From a virus (Duplodnaviria > Heunggongvirae > Uroviricota > Caudoviricetes), in IMG/VR virus record IMGVR_UViG_3300034069_000533, positions 1,947 through 65,946 of that record: 64,000 nucleotides of DNA. One strand, written 5' to 3'. The first letter of the stretch is position 1; the number at the start of each line of letters is the position of its first letter. Both the position numbers and the translations under genes were made by a program. This document shows positions 17,862 to 25,868 of the stretch, one piece after another. The notes under the pieces were generated by a model. That model made no database searches, was not told the origin of the DNA, and saw only the letters and a program-made list of their open reading frames with translations.

Positions 17862-18064
17862 GTGACGACAACGACGCGTTTGCTGAGGGGCGCGAGGCTT
17901 ACGATGCTGGCCAAAGCGAGACTAGCAATCCCTATCCAGACGACAGCGAAGATCACCTTAGCTGGAATGACGGATACCGCGAGGCGCTAGAGGAAGACGG
18001 GGAGGATGATGACGACGAAGATGAGGATGAGGATGAAGACGGCGAAGATGAGGACGAAGACTGA
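17858..18064 (+). CDS. Rmf-like small protein with acidic D/E tail
   Basis: AF.EG..AY.AG.....NPY.......W..GY.EA aligns with the RMF GY.AG..G...CPY...W..GW pattern. Confidence 0.5.
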   Translation: MSDDNDAFAEGREAYDAGQSETSNPYPDDSEDHLSWNDGYREALEEDGEDDDDEDEDEDEDGEDEDED

Positions 18065-18070
18065 TTAGGG

Positions 18071-18099
18071 AAAAAGGCGCCGCAAGGCGCCTTTTTTTT
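18071..18099. terminator. bidirectional terminator (GCAA loop family)
   Basis: AAAAAGGCGCC-GCAA-GGCGCCTTTTTTTT between convergent genes. Confidence 0.9.
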
Positions 18100-18658
18100 A
18101 TCCAATCCAAGTGTCAGTGTAGCTCATTTCATATACCGTGACTGACGTAGCCGCGTTATTGTTAAGCGCACCAAACACTTCGTTAACGCCGTGGTGTTCG
18201 TAATCGGCCGTGACGTTTTGCGTGATAGTGCCGTAAGTATGCCCATCAACGCCAAACACCAATTTGCCGGGTGTCCAATCCAGCGTGCATTTGTGCGGCT
18301 GGCTTTCGTCCAAGCCGGAATAGGTGGCAGTCCGGTAGCCGTCGCCACCTGTGGCGGTTTTGTGGTGCGCCGCGCCGTAGGCCACGCCCTTGTTGATTTC
18401 GGCTAAGTCCAATTCCTGACCGGGCCATTTGTCGTTCGCTGGCCAGAGCATAATGGCCGGGCCAGCCACGTTACCCTTGAGCGCGGCGGTAATCTCATAA
18501 TGACCGTAGCCTTCGCCTGCTGCGGCGCCCCATGGATTCTGCATCATGCCAGCGTTGCCGCGAAGCGTCACCTGACCGGCCACGCTGGCGTCAATCTTGC
18601 CCCATGTGTGGTTTAGCTGACCGACGCCATGAGAAAAAGTTTCAAAAAAATTAGCCAA
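18098..18658 (-). CDS. stand-alone glycoside hydrolase family 16-like protein
   Basis: GYGHYE, GPA..LWP...WPGQELDLAE (ExDxxE), H...LDWTPG...F.VDG; probable TTG start at 18658, 8 nt after AAGGA. Confidence 0.75.
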   Translation of the reverse strand: MANFFETFSHGVGQLNHTWGKIDASVAGQVTLRGNAGMMQNPWGAAAGEGYGHYEITAALKGNVAGPAIMLWPANDKWPGQELDLAEINKGVAYGAAHHKTATGGDGYRTATYSGLDESQPHKCTLDWTPGKLVFGVDGHTYGTITQNVTADYEHHGVNEVFGALNNNAATSVTVYEMSYTDTWIG

Positions 18659-18667
18659 TGTCAAATT

Positions 18668-18693
18668 CCTTATGTAAGCGGGCTTACATAAGG
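18668..18693. promoter_or_regulatory. perfect 12-bp inverted repeat overlapping the GH16 Shine-Dalgarno
   Basis: CCTTATGTAAGC-GG-GCTTACATAAGG. Confidence 0.6.
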
Positions 18694-18863
18694 CACGGCG
18701 TTATTAAAGCGTAAACCCTAAGACTTTATTAATCCTCTAGCAATAAGATTGCTTATTCCCAACCTTGCGTTTTGTTGTTGAAGTTTCTTCAACCTATGGG
18801 TACAAAGGTTGCGGGCAGACGGAATGAGCCGCGAGGCCCAGCAACAAAGGACAGAGAAGCGAA

Positions 18864-19298
18864 ATGGCTACCATCAATGGCAACAATAGCGCCAACACCC
18901 TGACTGGCACGTCCGGTGCAGACTTCATGGTTGGTTATGCCGGCAATGACGTGCTGTTTGGCGGCGCTGGCCAGGATGAGCTTTACGGCGGCAGCGGCGC
19001 GGATACGCTGGCTGGCGGCACCGGGCATGACAAGCTGTATGGCCAGAGCGGCGCGGATGTGTTCCGCTTCACCATGGGCGATGGCCTTAGCGGTGACGAG
19101 ATTATGGACTTCAGCCGCGCCGATGGCGATAAGCTTAACTTCGTCGGCGTGTCTGAACGCACGGTGACGCAGACGAAGAACGCTTATGGCGACGTGGAAA
19201 TTCATTGGGGCGCGGGGCCGGGCGTCATTGGCCCGGAGCATGTCACGCTGCATGGCGTACATGAGTTTCTGACCGCGACCGACTACGTTTTCGGCTGA
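18864..19298 (+). CDS. RTX/hemolysin-type Ca-binding repeat protein (no catalytic domain)
   Basis: GxxGxDxLx nonapeptides, D.I.DF....DKL, terminal TDYVFG. Confidence 0.85.
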   Translation: MATINGNNSANTLTGTSGADFMVGYAGNDVLFGGAGQDELYGGSGADTLAGGTGHDKLYGQSGADVFRFTMGDGLSGDEIMDFSRADGDKLNFVGVSERTVTQTKNAYGDVEIHWGAGPGVIGPEHVTLHGVHEFLTATDYVFG

Positions 19299-19306
19299 GC
19301 CAGAAA

Positions 19307-19330
19307 AGCGGCGGGAGCAATCCCGCCGCT
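19307..19330. terminator. terminator hairpin (GCAA loop) between convergent genes
   Basis: AGCGGCGGGA-GCAA-TCCCGCCGCT, A-run on the 5' side. Confidence 0.75.
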
Positions 19331-19664
19331 ACAGCATGCCGGTTGCGTCCTGCTTGCGCGTATTAAGTTTGGGCTGGACCGGGCGCGTGCCGGGATAACG
19401 AGCGGGGTCGGGATAATACTTCCCGTCGAATATCAGCCAGAAATCCGCATCGCGGAATATGTTGCCCTGCCAATCCTGCCGGACCCATGAGGCGTACATG
19501 ACAGCTTCGCCCGCGACAATGATCGCATTGCAGCCGTTGACCGTTCCGGTATAGGCGCCTGCCGGTGGCGCATTGTGTGCCACCGGCTGACCGCGAGGAT
19601 ACAACCTTTCCCGCATTGTCACCCGGCCAGATTTAGCGCCTTGCTGGCGGGTGGTTTTGGTCAT
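19329..19664 (-). CDS. hypothetical protein
   Basis: ORF coupled to upstream minus-strand gene. Confidence 0.55.
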   Translation of the reverse strand: MTKTTRQQGAKSGRVTMRERLYPRGQPVAHNAPPAGAYTGTVNGCNAIIVAGEAVMYASWVRQDWQGNIFRDADFWLIFDGKYYPDPARYPGTRPVQPKLNTRKQDATGML

Positions 19665-19966
19665 TACTCGCTCTCGGTAAACTGCTTGTAAGCTAACACG
19701 TTTTCCATCGTCAGCGTTCCCGGCGGAACCTCCGTCGCGGAATAGATAGTGCGGATTAGCTCAGCTTCCTTGGTGGCGGTCGTGGTGCTGTATTCCGCGG
19801 CCAACAACGCGTGATATTCAGCCGCGCGCTCAGCGCAAAAAACGGCAGGATGCTGGCTCAGCAGCACAACAGCCTTGACCGGCGGGCCAGCGCTCATGCC
19901 TAGCTCAGTTTTATAAACAATCTGATATTCATACGATACCAGCCAAGACTTCGTGTCCAACATCAT
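19664..19966 (-). CDS. hypothetical protein
   Basis: ATG after GAAGGAAG RBS. Confidence 0.6.
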   Translation of the reverse strand: MMLDTKSWLVSYEYQIVYKTELGMSAGPPVKAVVLLSQHPAVFCAERAAEYHALLAAEYSTTTATKEAELIRTIYSATEVPPGTLTMENVLAYKQFTESE

Positions 19967-20055
19967 GGTATGCTTCCTTCTGCTTGTTCGCTGCATGTAA
20001 GCTGTGTTGCGCGATAGTTGAAGCCAGAATCGTGCGGCACATTGAAATTTTTTGC

Positions 20056-20084
20056 TTGCGTGCGAATTGGCGATGACGTAGGCT
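20056..20084 (+). promoter_or_regulatory. sigma70 promoter; palindrome core CGTGCGGCAC lies just upstream (20031-20040)
   Basis: TTGCGT-17 nt-TAGGCT then GTTGAGAAGG RBS. Confidence 0.55.
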
Positions 20085-20108
20085 GCTGGCGTTGAGAAGG
20101 GAAAACAA

Positions 20109-20309
20109 ATGATCCATCAGCGTGCGGAGGCCGTTATTGCTCAGCTTAAATTAAGCTATATGCGCAGCATGTTTGACGGAACAGCCATTATGGCTGCGGT
20201 TCGGCTGATTGACGACATGAAAACAGAGCTAGAGCGAGAAGCTGTTAGCGCGGCACGAGCCAGAGACGACGCAAGCCGTCAGCGCTATCCTGATACAACC
20301 GGACAGTAG
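20109..20309 (+). CDS. hypothetical protein
   Basis: First gene after promoter. Confidence 0.6.
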   Translation: MIHQRAEAVIAQLKLSYMRSMFDGTAIMAAVRLIDDMKTELEREAVSAARARDDASRQRYPDTTGQ

Positions 20310-20320
20310 GGAGAAAACCG

Positions 20321-20896
20321 ATGAAGATTTTGGGTTGGCTGTTTAATCATTCGCGCAAGGCGCGGGACAAGATGAGTCATGCCAAGATGGTTGAGTCTTG
20401 GAATAATCGCGTGGCGCAAGCGGACAAAGAAAAGGCCAAGCGCGAAGCGGCGCCTCGTCTACATGGCCCGTACCGTCCGGCCATGGATGGCCGCACCCGG
20501 CCATCGCACTACAGCGCCAGCCAGCCCCGCAGGCGTGATGACAGCCTGCCGGACAGCGGGCCGGACTACCTCAACCCGGCCAACCCGCTAAGCCCCCTGA
20601 GCCCCTTCTCTGTGTATGGCTTGGGTAACAGCGACACGCCAAGCACCGACACCGACCGCGAGCGCGACCGGCCAGCCCCTACGCCCGCGCCCGCCCCGGA
20701 GCCTTAGCGTGCGGCGCCATCGCATAGCCACTCGCACGGCTATTCGTTCAAGAGCGACAGTACCGACAGCCTAAGCAACGGAAGCGGCAGCAGCAATAGC
20801 AGCAGCTTTGATTTTGGTTCGTCTAGCAGCAGCAGCGACAGTTCATTTAGCAGCAGCAGCGATAGCGGTTCGTCCAGTTTCAGCAGTGGGGAGTAA
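20321..20896 (+). pseudogene. Ser/Gly-rich-tail protein interrupted by one in-frame TAG (20705-20707)
   Basis: Frame stays open after TAG for 62 codons (RAAPSHSHSHG...SSSSDSGSSSFSSGE) to TAA at 20894-20896, 4 nt before the next ATG. Confidence 0.6.
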
Positions 20897-20900
20897 GGCA

Positions 20901-21164
20901 ATGAATAAGATTGTAATTATCGGGCTGGCCGCGCTGACGCTGGCCGGGTGTGACGCGCGAACCGTTCACATCAACATTGATCCAAGCAAGGCGACGTATA
21001 GCCGCGACAACCGCACCGGGCTTTGTTTTGCTGCGTTCGGTCGGGCCAAGGGCGGCAGTTGGAGCGATGTTGCCGACAGCCTGACAGTTACCAACGTGCC
21101 GTGTTCGGCCGAGGTTATGGCGCTTGTGCCGAACGGCCAGCGCGGGCCGGGTAGCTTGCGATAA
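20901..21164 (+). CDS. small lipoprotein
   Basis: MNKIVIIGLAALTLAGC lipobox. Confidence 0.7.
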   Translation: MNKIVIIGLAALTLAGCDARTVHINIDPSKATYSRDNRTGLCFAAFGRAKGGSWSDVADSLTVTNVPCSAEVMALVPNGQRGPGSLR

Positions 21165-21197
21165 CCGCGCCTTACCGCAAATTAAAGGAATTAACAA

Positions 21198-21599
21198 ATG
21201 CAGAACCTTGTTGACGACGCCATTGCTTTCCGCCGCGCCACTGACCTGCCGGTGAATGACTTGCCTACGGTAATTCCCAAGGCGAATATGCGGCTGCATA
21301 CCAAGCTAATTATTGAGGAATTACACTTAGAGTTGTTCCCCGCAATGGAGGATGGCGACTTGCCGGCCATCGCGGATGGGATTGTTGACGTGATTTACTT
21401 TATGATGGGGATGGCGGCCGAGTATGGCTTGCCGGTGGGCGAGGTCTGGAAGCTGGTCCAGTCTGCCAACATGGCCAAGGTGGACCCAACAACCGGCAAA
21501 GTTGTGCGCCGAATTGATGGGAAGATTCTTAAGCCAGAAGGATGGGTCAGTCCCGACGACGCCATTAAAGCGCTAGTATTATCCCGCATGAAAGGGTGA
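21198..21599 (+). CDS. MazG-like NTP pyrophosphohydrolase
   Basis: IEEL..EL..A...D...IAD...D..Y, V..ANM.K, GK.LKPEGW..P. Confidence 0.8.
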   Translation: MQNLVDDAIAFRRATDLPVNDLPTVIPKANMRLHTKLIIEELHLELFPAMEDGDLPAIADGIVDVIYFMMGMAAEYGLPVGEVWKLVQSANMAKVDPTTGKVVRRIDGKILKPEGWVSPDDAIKALVLSRMKG

Positions 21600-22228
21600 T
21601 TTCCATGTTTGTATTTGGTAGCGACGGCGCTGATACTCTGGCCGGTAGCCAGGGCTATGACAGGATCATGGCTGGCGGCGGCAATGACTTTATCCGTAGT
21701 TACGCACCGGCCGATCCGATGCTTGGCCAGACTGACGCGCGCATGGCTGTGGCCGATGGCGCGGATGCCATCGCTGCCGGATCGGGCAATGACACCATCT
21801 ATAGCGGCGGCGGCAATGATACGGTTTATGGCGATTACGGCAATGACTACATCAATGCTGGCACCGGCAACGATGTAATTAGCGGCGGGCTTGGCAATGA
21901 CACGTTTGCCTTTGGCGCGATCATGACTTCGCCCGGCTCGTTTATGTATTCCGGCCTTGATCGCGTTACCGACTTTACGCAGGGCGATGATGTTATTGAT
22001 TTGCGTGGCTACTCGACAAGCTACTATGGCAATCCTGCGGTTACTTTCATTGGCAACAATGAAGTTATCCATAGCGATCATGCTATGGTTGGCTTCCACT
22101 ATGACGGCAATAACACAGTTATTGATGTTATGGCGGGTAGCTCATACAACACGTCGCACGAACCGTCAGCACAGATAGTGCTAAATGGCCATATAGATTT
22201 GCATGCAACTGACTTCATTTTTGCTTAA
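21596..22228 (+). CDS. RTX/hemolysin-type Ca-binding repeat protein with serralysin-like C-terminus
   Basis: GGGNDxI repeats, D.VTDF.QG.D.IDL, terminal TDFIFA. Confidence 0.85.
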   Translation: MISMFVFGSDGADTLAGSQGYDRIMAGGGNDFIRSYAPADPMLGQTDARMAVADGADAIAAGSGNDTIYSGGGNDTVYGDYGNDYINAGTGNDVISGGLGNDTFAFGAIMTSPGSFMYSGLDRVTDFTQGDDVIDLRGYSTSYYGNPAVTFIGNNEVIHSDHAMVGFHYDGNNTVIDVMAGSSYNTSHEPSAQIVLNGHIDLHATDFIFA

Positions 22229-22233
22229 GAGAG

Positions 22234-22260
22234 AAAAGCCCCGCAAGGGGCTTTTTTTTT
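22234..22260 (+). terminator. intrinsic terminator (GCAA loop family)
   Basis: AAAAGCCCC-GCAA-GGGGCTTTT plus T-run. Confidence 0.9.
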
Positions 22261-22271
22261 GCATTTAGGTG

Positions 22272-22300
22272 TTGACGGCATTCGTGCGGAACGTTATGTT
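22272..22300 (+). promoter_or_regulatory. sigma70 promoter with spacer palindrome (copy 3)
   Basis: TTGACG-17 nt-TATGTT; TTCGTGCGGAACGTTA. Confidence 0.75.
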
Positions 22301-22326
22301 GGTTGCGTTGAGAAGGACGCAGGAAA

Positions 22327-22488
22327 ATGCTCGAAACAATCGTTTGGTTTTGGCTTGAAGATCGCCCTGAATTTAATCGCACAGAGCGTGTCACGGCCAG
22401 AAACATGACTGAGCTTTTTGACAAGATTCTGAAGCTTAGGGGCGCAAACCAGCTTTATCGTTTTTATTTTGTGAAAAATGTTGGTTGA
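22327..22488 (+). CDS. small hypothetical protein (53 aa)
   Basis: ATG after GAGAAGGA; stop overlaps next -35. Confidence 0.55.
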   Translation: MLETIVWFWLEDRPEFNRTERVTARNMTELFDKILKLRGANQLYRFYFVKNVG

Positions 22489-22513
22489 CAAGTAGCGTTT
22501 CGCACGCTATGTT
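22485..22513 (+). promoter_or_regulatory. sigma70 promoter with spacer palindrome (copy 4)
   Basis: TTGACA-17 nt-TATGTT; TAGCGTTTCGCACGCTA. Confidence 0.85.
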
Positions 22514-22563
22514 GGTGTCAGAGAGAGCGGCTAACCCGCCTCTCTAGAGAAGGAAAGCAGAGC

Positions 22564-22908
22564 ATGTCCGTTTCCGTCACCGCTTCCGACTTCCGCGCCA
22601 CTCTCGCCGCCCCGGCGTCCAAGCTGGACACCCTGAAGCGCGGCTACGCCAATGCCCTGGCCGGGCTGGATGACGCTGAGCTTTCTTACCGCGCCGCCTG
22701 CCGCATCCTTGGCGACGTGAACCGTGAGGCGCGGCAGGGCGGGTTGTTCGGCAGCGCTAACCGTCCGGCACAGGCTGAGGCTATGCGGATCATCAACCGG
22801 GCTCGCAAGGCGCTGCGCCGGGCTGAGCGGGCCTCGCTGCGGGCGCTGGATGCCCTGCGGCTCTGGCCGGGTGCGGCGGATGCGGTGCGGGCCAGCCGGA
22901 CGCACTAA
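22564..22908 (+). CDS. hypothetical Ala/Arg-rich protein
   Basis: GAGAAGGA RBS. Confidence 0.65.
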   Translation: MSVSVTASDFRATLAAPASKLDTLKRGYANALAGLDDAELSYRAACRILGDVNREARQGGLFGSANRPAQAEAMRIINRARKALRRAERASLRALDALRLWPGAADAVRASRTH

Positions 22909-22961
22909 CAATCACCAAGGCGCCCGACATGGGTTGGGCGCCGTTGAGAAGGAAAGCAAAA

Positions 22962-23162
22962 ATGTTTAGTGCAGCAGTTATTAGCGTTGTGTCCGTCTTG
23001 TTTGTCATTAACCTTGGCGGTTACTTCGCCGCGATCAAGCTGATTGAGCGCGGCGATACAGATAAGGATTATCGCAAGATTAAGGCGGAATGTTTTGGTA
23101 AGGCTTTTCTCTGCCTCGCCATCATCATTGGCGCCTTCATTTACCGTGTGCTGGCGGCGTAA
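22962..23162 (+). CDS. small membrane protein
   Basis: GAGAAGGA RBS, two TMs. Confidence 0.6.
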   Translation: MFSAAVISVVSVLFVINLGGYFAAIKLIERGDTDKDYRKIKAECFGKAFLCLAIIIGAFIYRVLAA

Positions 23163-23174
23163 GGAAAACGACAA

Positions 23175-23414
23175 ATGCATTTTTTAACAAACATTACTGG
23201 CAATCCTGAGCGTGTCGCTAAACGCATTGCTTGCTACGAAGCTGCGGAGCGCAACACAAATAACGGTGTTATTGTGGGCGATCCACTTGGAACGGAGTTT
23301 TGTTCAACCGAACAAATGAAAGCCGCTGGCTATCGCGGACTTTGGATAAAGGAACAAACCAACCTTTTCGCGTATTGGAGGGAAGTTGAACGCATGGGTG
23401 GGGGATTTGACTAA
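23175..23414 (+). CDS. hypothetical protein
   Basis: AAGGA RBS, ends at terminator. Confidence 0.6.
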   Translation: MHFLTNITGNPERVAKRIACYEAAERNTNNGVIVGDPLGTEFCSTEQMKAAGYRGLWIKEQTNLFAYWREVERMGGGFD

Positions 23415-23418
23415 AAAC

Positions 23419-23442
23419 AAAAGCGCCGCAAGGCGCTTTTTT
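23419..23442 (+). terminator. intrinsic terminator (GCAA loop family)
   Basis: AAAAGCGCC-GCAA-GGCGCTTTTTT. Confidence 0.9.
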
Positions 23443-23446
23443 CTTG

Positions 23447-23475
23447 TTGACCTTATGCGTGCGGCACGCTACGTT
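23447..23475 (+). promoter_or_regulatory. sigma70 promoter with spacer palindrome (copy 5)
   Basis: TTGACC-17 nt-TACGTT; GCGTGC-G-GCACGC perfect 6-bp arms. Confidence 0.85.
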
Positions 23476-23501
23476 GGTGTTGTTGAGAAGGAACACTCCA
23501 A

Positions 23502-23954
23502 ATGCTTTACTTCCTGTTTGACACCAACGATGGCCGCATGATCCAGGCAACCCCGGAGCTTCCGAAGGCGTACCGCAGCAAGCCGGACGCTTACACCTAT
23601 CGCGGCGACATTAAGGATTTTGCTGACGCTGAGCGTATTGCGTCGCTCGCCAACATGCTGGCCGATGGCTACACCTATGTTGCCGTTGACGCTGGCCCGC
23701 AGGTTTCGCCGCGCTTTGACGTAGTGCGCGGCTTTCAGGTTGGCGATGCGGTCAGCCGCAGCTTTAATGGCGACAGTTATCCGGTGGGCACTGTGACCAA
23801 GGTTAGCGGCGCCAATGGCCGCATCGTCACGGTCAGCGACGGGCAGAGCGTCCGGGCATTTTACCGGCGCAAGCTGACCGCCTCTTGGGTGGAGAAGGGT
23901 GGCGGGTTTTGCCTTTCGCGCGGCATTCATGAGAAGCGTAACCCGGAGCGCTAA
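23502..23954 (+). CDS. phage hypothetical protein
   Basis: First gene after promoter; GC3-rich codon use. Confidence 0.7.
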   Translation: MLYFLFDTNDGRMIQATPELPKAYRSKPDAYTYRGDIKDFADAERIASLANMLADGYTYVAVDAGPQVSPRFDVVRGFQVGDAVSRSFNGDSYPVGTVTKVSGANGRIVTVSDGQSVRAFYRRKLTASWVEKGGGFCLSRGIHEKRNPER

Positions 23955-23983
23955 GGCGCTGTCTTTAAAGAAGGAATAAACAA

Positions 23984-24337
23984 ATGTCGGCGCCCTACTG
24001 GCACACAAAAGAAAGAATTGAAAACTGCATGATAAATGCACGAAGCTTTAAAGCTTCGGGCGAGCATTCTCACTTTGTTAAAGCTTTTGTTGCGAGCGCA
24101 AGAAAGATAAATCGTGAGTTGGTTGCCGGATTGCGAGACGGTAGCATTGTTGTTCCGCCGCCGCCACCGCCACCGATGACAACGCACGAATTAGCGGTAA
24201 TGCTGTTTAATGGCCCCAATCTGCCGGTGTGTTTGGAAACTGACGCGGGGACATTCCAAATTAACGGCACGGCAAGCACCACGGCAGAAACTGAGTGCGT
24301 AAATTGGGCAACTGGCCCTATGATTAAGATTGTTTAG
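23984..24337 (+). CDS. hypothetical protein with poly-Pro linker
   Basis: AAGAAGGA RBS. Confidence 0.6.
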   Translation: MSAPYWHTKERIENCMINARSFKASGEHSHFVKAFVASARKINRELVAGLRDGSIVVPPPPPPPMTTHELAVMLFNGPNLPVCLETDAGTFQINGTASTTAETECVNWATGPMIKIV

Positions 24338-24350
24338 AAGGAACAAGCAA

Positions 24351-24524
24351 ATGGGCTGGATTGTCATAATCCTTGGCGTATTTATTCTTTCTTCCGTTGA
24401 GGTCAAAAATGGGCCAAAAAATGCGGGTGAGGCCGCTATTGTTTGTTTTTATCTTGCATGCTCGTTTGGAATTATTATTCTCGGCATCCTGATAACCTGC
24501 GGCGTCATAAAGGCGAGCATCTGA
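24351..24524 (+). CDS. small membrane protein
   Basis: GAAGGA RBS, two TMs. Confidence 0.55.
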   Translation: MGWIVIILGVFILSSVEVKNGPKNAGEAAIVCFYLACSFGIIILGILITCGVIKASI

Positions 24525-24525
24525 T

Positions 24526-24684
24526 ATGGAAACCATCTGGATTGAGGTTGTCGGCAACCGACGGATTGTCCGGGCCAACTACGGCAACATGGTCGCCACC
24601 TTGGCCGACGTGCGATGGCGCTGGCTGGCTCGCCTGCTGGTCGCCTGCCACCGGGGCAGTCCGCTCCTCTCGCCCGATCCGTGA
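24526..24684 (+). CDS. small hypothetical protein (52 aa, METIWIEVVG...)
   Basis: ATG 1 nt after upstream stop; followed by a hairpin. Confidence 0.45.
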   Translation: METIWIEVVGNRRIVRANYGNMVATLADVRWRWLARLLVACHRGSPLLSPDP

Positions 24685-24748
24685 TTGCCTCCCCCGGCCA
24701 GACTGCCTAGTTTGGCCGGGGGCGCCGTTTTGGCGCTAAGGGTGAGGC

Positions 24749-25144
24749 ATGTTGCATCGTATTGAAACGTTAATTCAAAAATATTTAAATGCCGAATTTG
24801 TTAGTCAAGTTGTAATAATCGGCATACCGGCATGGTTTGCTTTTATTCTGACGTTCAATACGGAAGTGTTTGCCACAAGCCCGGCTTATGACTACATGGA
24901 GCGGCTCGGATCGCAGCAGACATGGGCGGCGATAACTACCCTGCTTGTGCTGATTTGCGCGCCAATGGCGGCTAGCAACAAGAAATACCCGCTGATTATT
25001 GCCAATCTTGCGTTGTCATTCTGGCATCTTGTTATGGCAAGCTGCATTTTCCTTGGCTCGCCGCAAAGCACCGGCAGCGGCACCTATCTTATCATCGCAT
25101 GGGCGGCAGGCACGCGCTCCTTTTGGGTGGCGTCAAGGCGCTAG
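24749..25144 (+). CDS. multi-TM membrane protein (holin-like family)
   Basis: F..S.AY..M....Q..W pattern, 3-4 TMs; resembles 42816-43217. Confidence 0.6.
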   Translation: MLHRIETLIQKYLNAEFVSQVVIIGIPAWFAFILTFNTEVFATSPAYDYMERLGSQQTWAAITTLLVLICAPMAASNKKYPLIIANLALSFWHLVMASCIFLGSPQSTGSGTYLIIAWAAGTRSFWVASRR

Positions 25145-25146
25145 CC

Positions 25147-25404
25147 ATGGCCAAAGCCAAAAAGCCAAAAGCGGAGTCGGGTTGGTGGCTGCCGGTTGGG
25201 GAATTTGACCGGCAGCGCCTATTGCCGCTCAAAGGTTCCTGGCAGCTTGTGCGAGACGCTGACGGCGCTCAGCACCGCGCCATGCAGCTTTCAACCCGGC
25301 CGGGGTGGGTCAATACTAACTTTGCTAGCGTGCCGAATGTAGTCGAGTGGTTCAAGCCCGCTGATAAATTTAAGAATGAAAATGACATGGTAGGCAAAAA
25401 ATAG
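25147..25404 (+). CDS. hypothetical protein
   Basis: ATG just after upstream stop. Confidence 0.55.
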   Translation: MAKAKKPKAESGWWLPVGEFDRQRLLPLKGSWQLVRDADGAQHRAMQLSTRPGWVNTNFASVPNVVEWFKPADKFKNENDMVGKK

Positions 25405-25407
25405 CTG

Positions 25408-25436
25408 TTGACCATTAGCGTGCGGCCCGCTAAGTT
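25408..25436 (+). promoter_or_regulatory. sigma70 promoter with spacer palindrome (copy 6)
   Basis: TTGACC-17 nt-TAAGTT; TAGCGTGCGGCCCGCTA. Confidence 0.85.
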
Positions 25437-25466
25437 GTCTGTGTTGAGAAGGAAGGAACACAGACA

Positions 25467-25637
25467 ATGCAGACGAACAATGAGCGCGGTTCCATGAATG
25501 CCGCCATGGCCAGCGACGGCTATTTCTACAGCAAGCGCGACAAGGTTGAGGCTAACCGCCGCAAGCGCGGCAACAGCAAGAAGAACACCCTGCGCTCGCA
25601 CCGCATCGGCGGTCGGCGTAAGGTCATTGACGGGTAA
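25467..25637 (+). CDS. small Arg/Lys-rich protein (56 aa)
   Basis: ATG after GAGAAGGAAGGA. Confidence 0.6.
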   Translation: MQTNNERGSMNAAMASDGYFYSKRDKVEANRRKRGNSKKNTLRSHRIGGRRKVIDG

Positions 25638-25646
25638 CAAAGAAAG

Positions 25647-25868
25647 GTGTGTGACGTGACTTGGACGCATAAGGGGCGGGTTGTCGGCTGCGATAGCCGC
25701 ACGCCCGCCGGGTACGGGATTTGGGTTGGTTTGCGCGAAACGCAAACCATGTGGATCAGCGAATATAAGCTGCGCTATCGGAAGTCCGATGGCTACCCGG
25801 TTGGTGGCGCCAAGTTTCCGCTGTATCGGTTGGATGTGAAGTCTATTGAGGAGGAAAACAGCAAGTGA
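25647..25868 (+). CDS. hypothetical protein
   Basis: GLRET.T.W......RYRK.DG pattern; coupled to next gene. Confidence 0.55.
   Translation: MCDVTWTHKGRVVGCDSRTPAGYGIWVGLRETQTMWISEYKLRYRKSDGYPVGGAKFPLYRLDVKSIEEENSK

Noticed and set aside
17990-18062. GAY/GAR-rich repeat tract
   Set aside because: Encodes an acidic low-complexity protein tail; not an independent DNA repeat.
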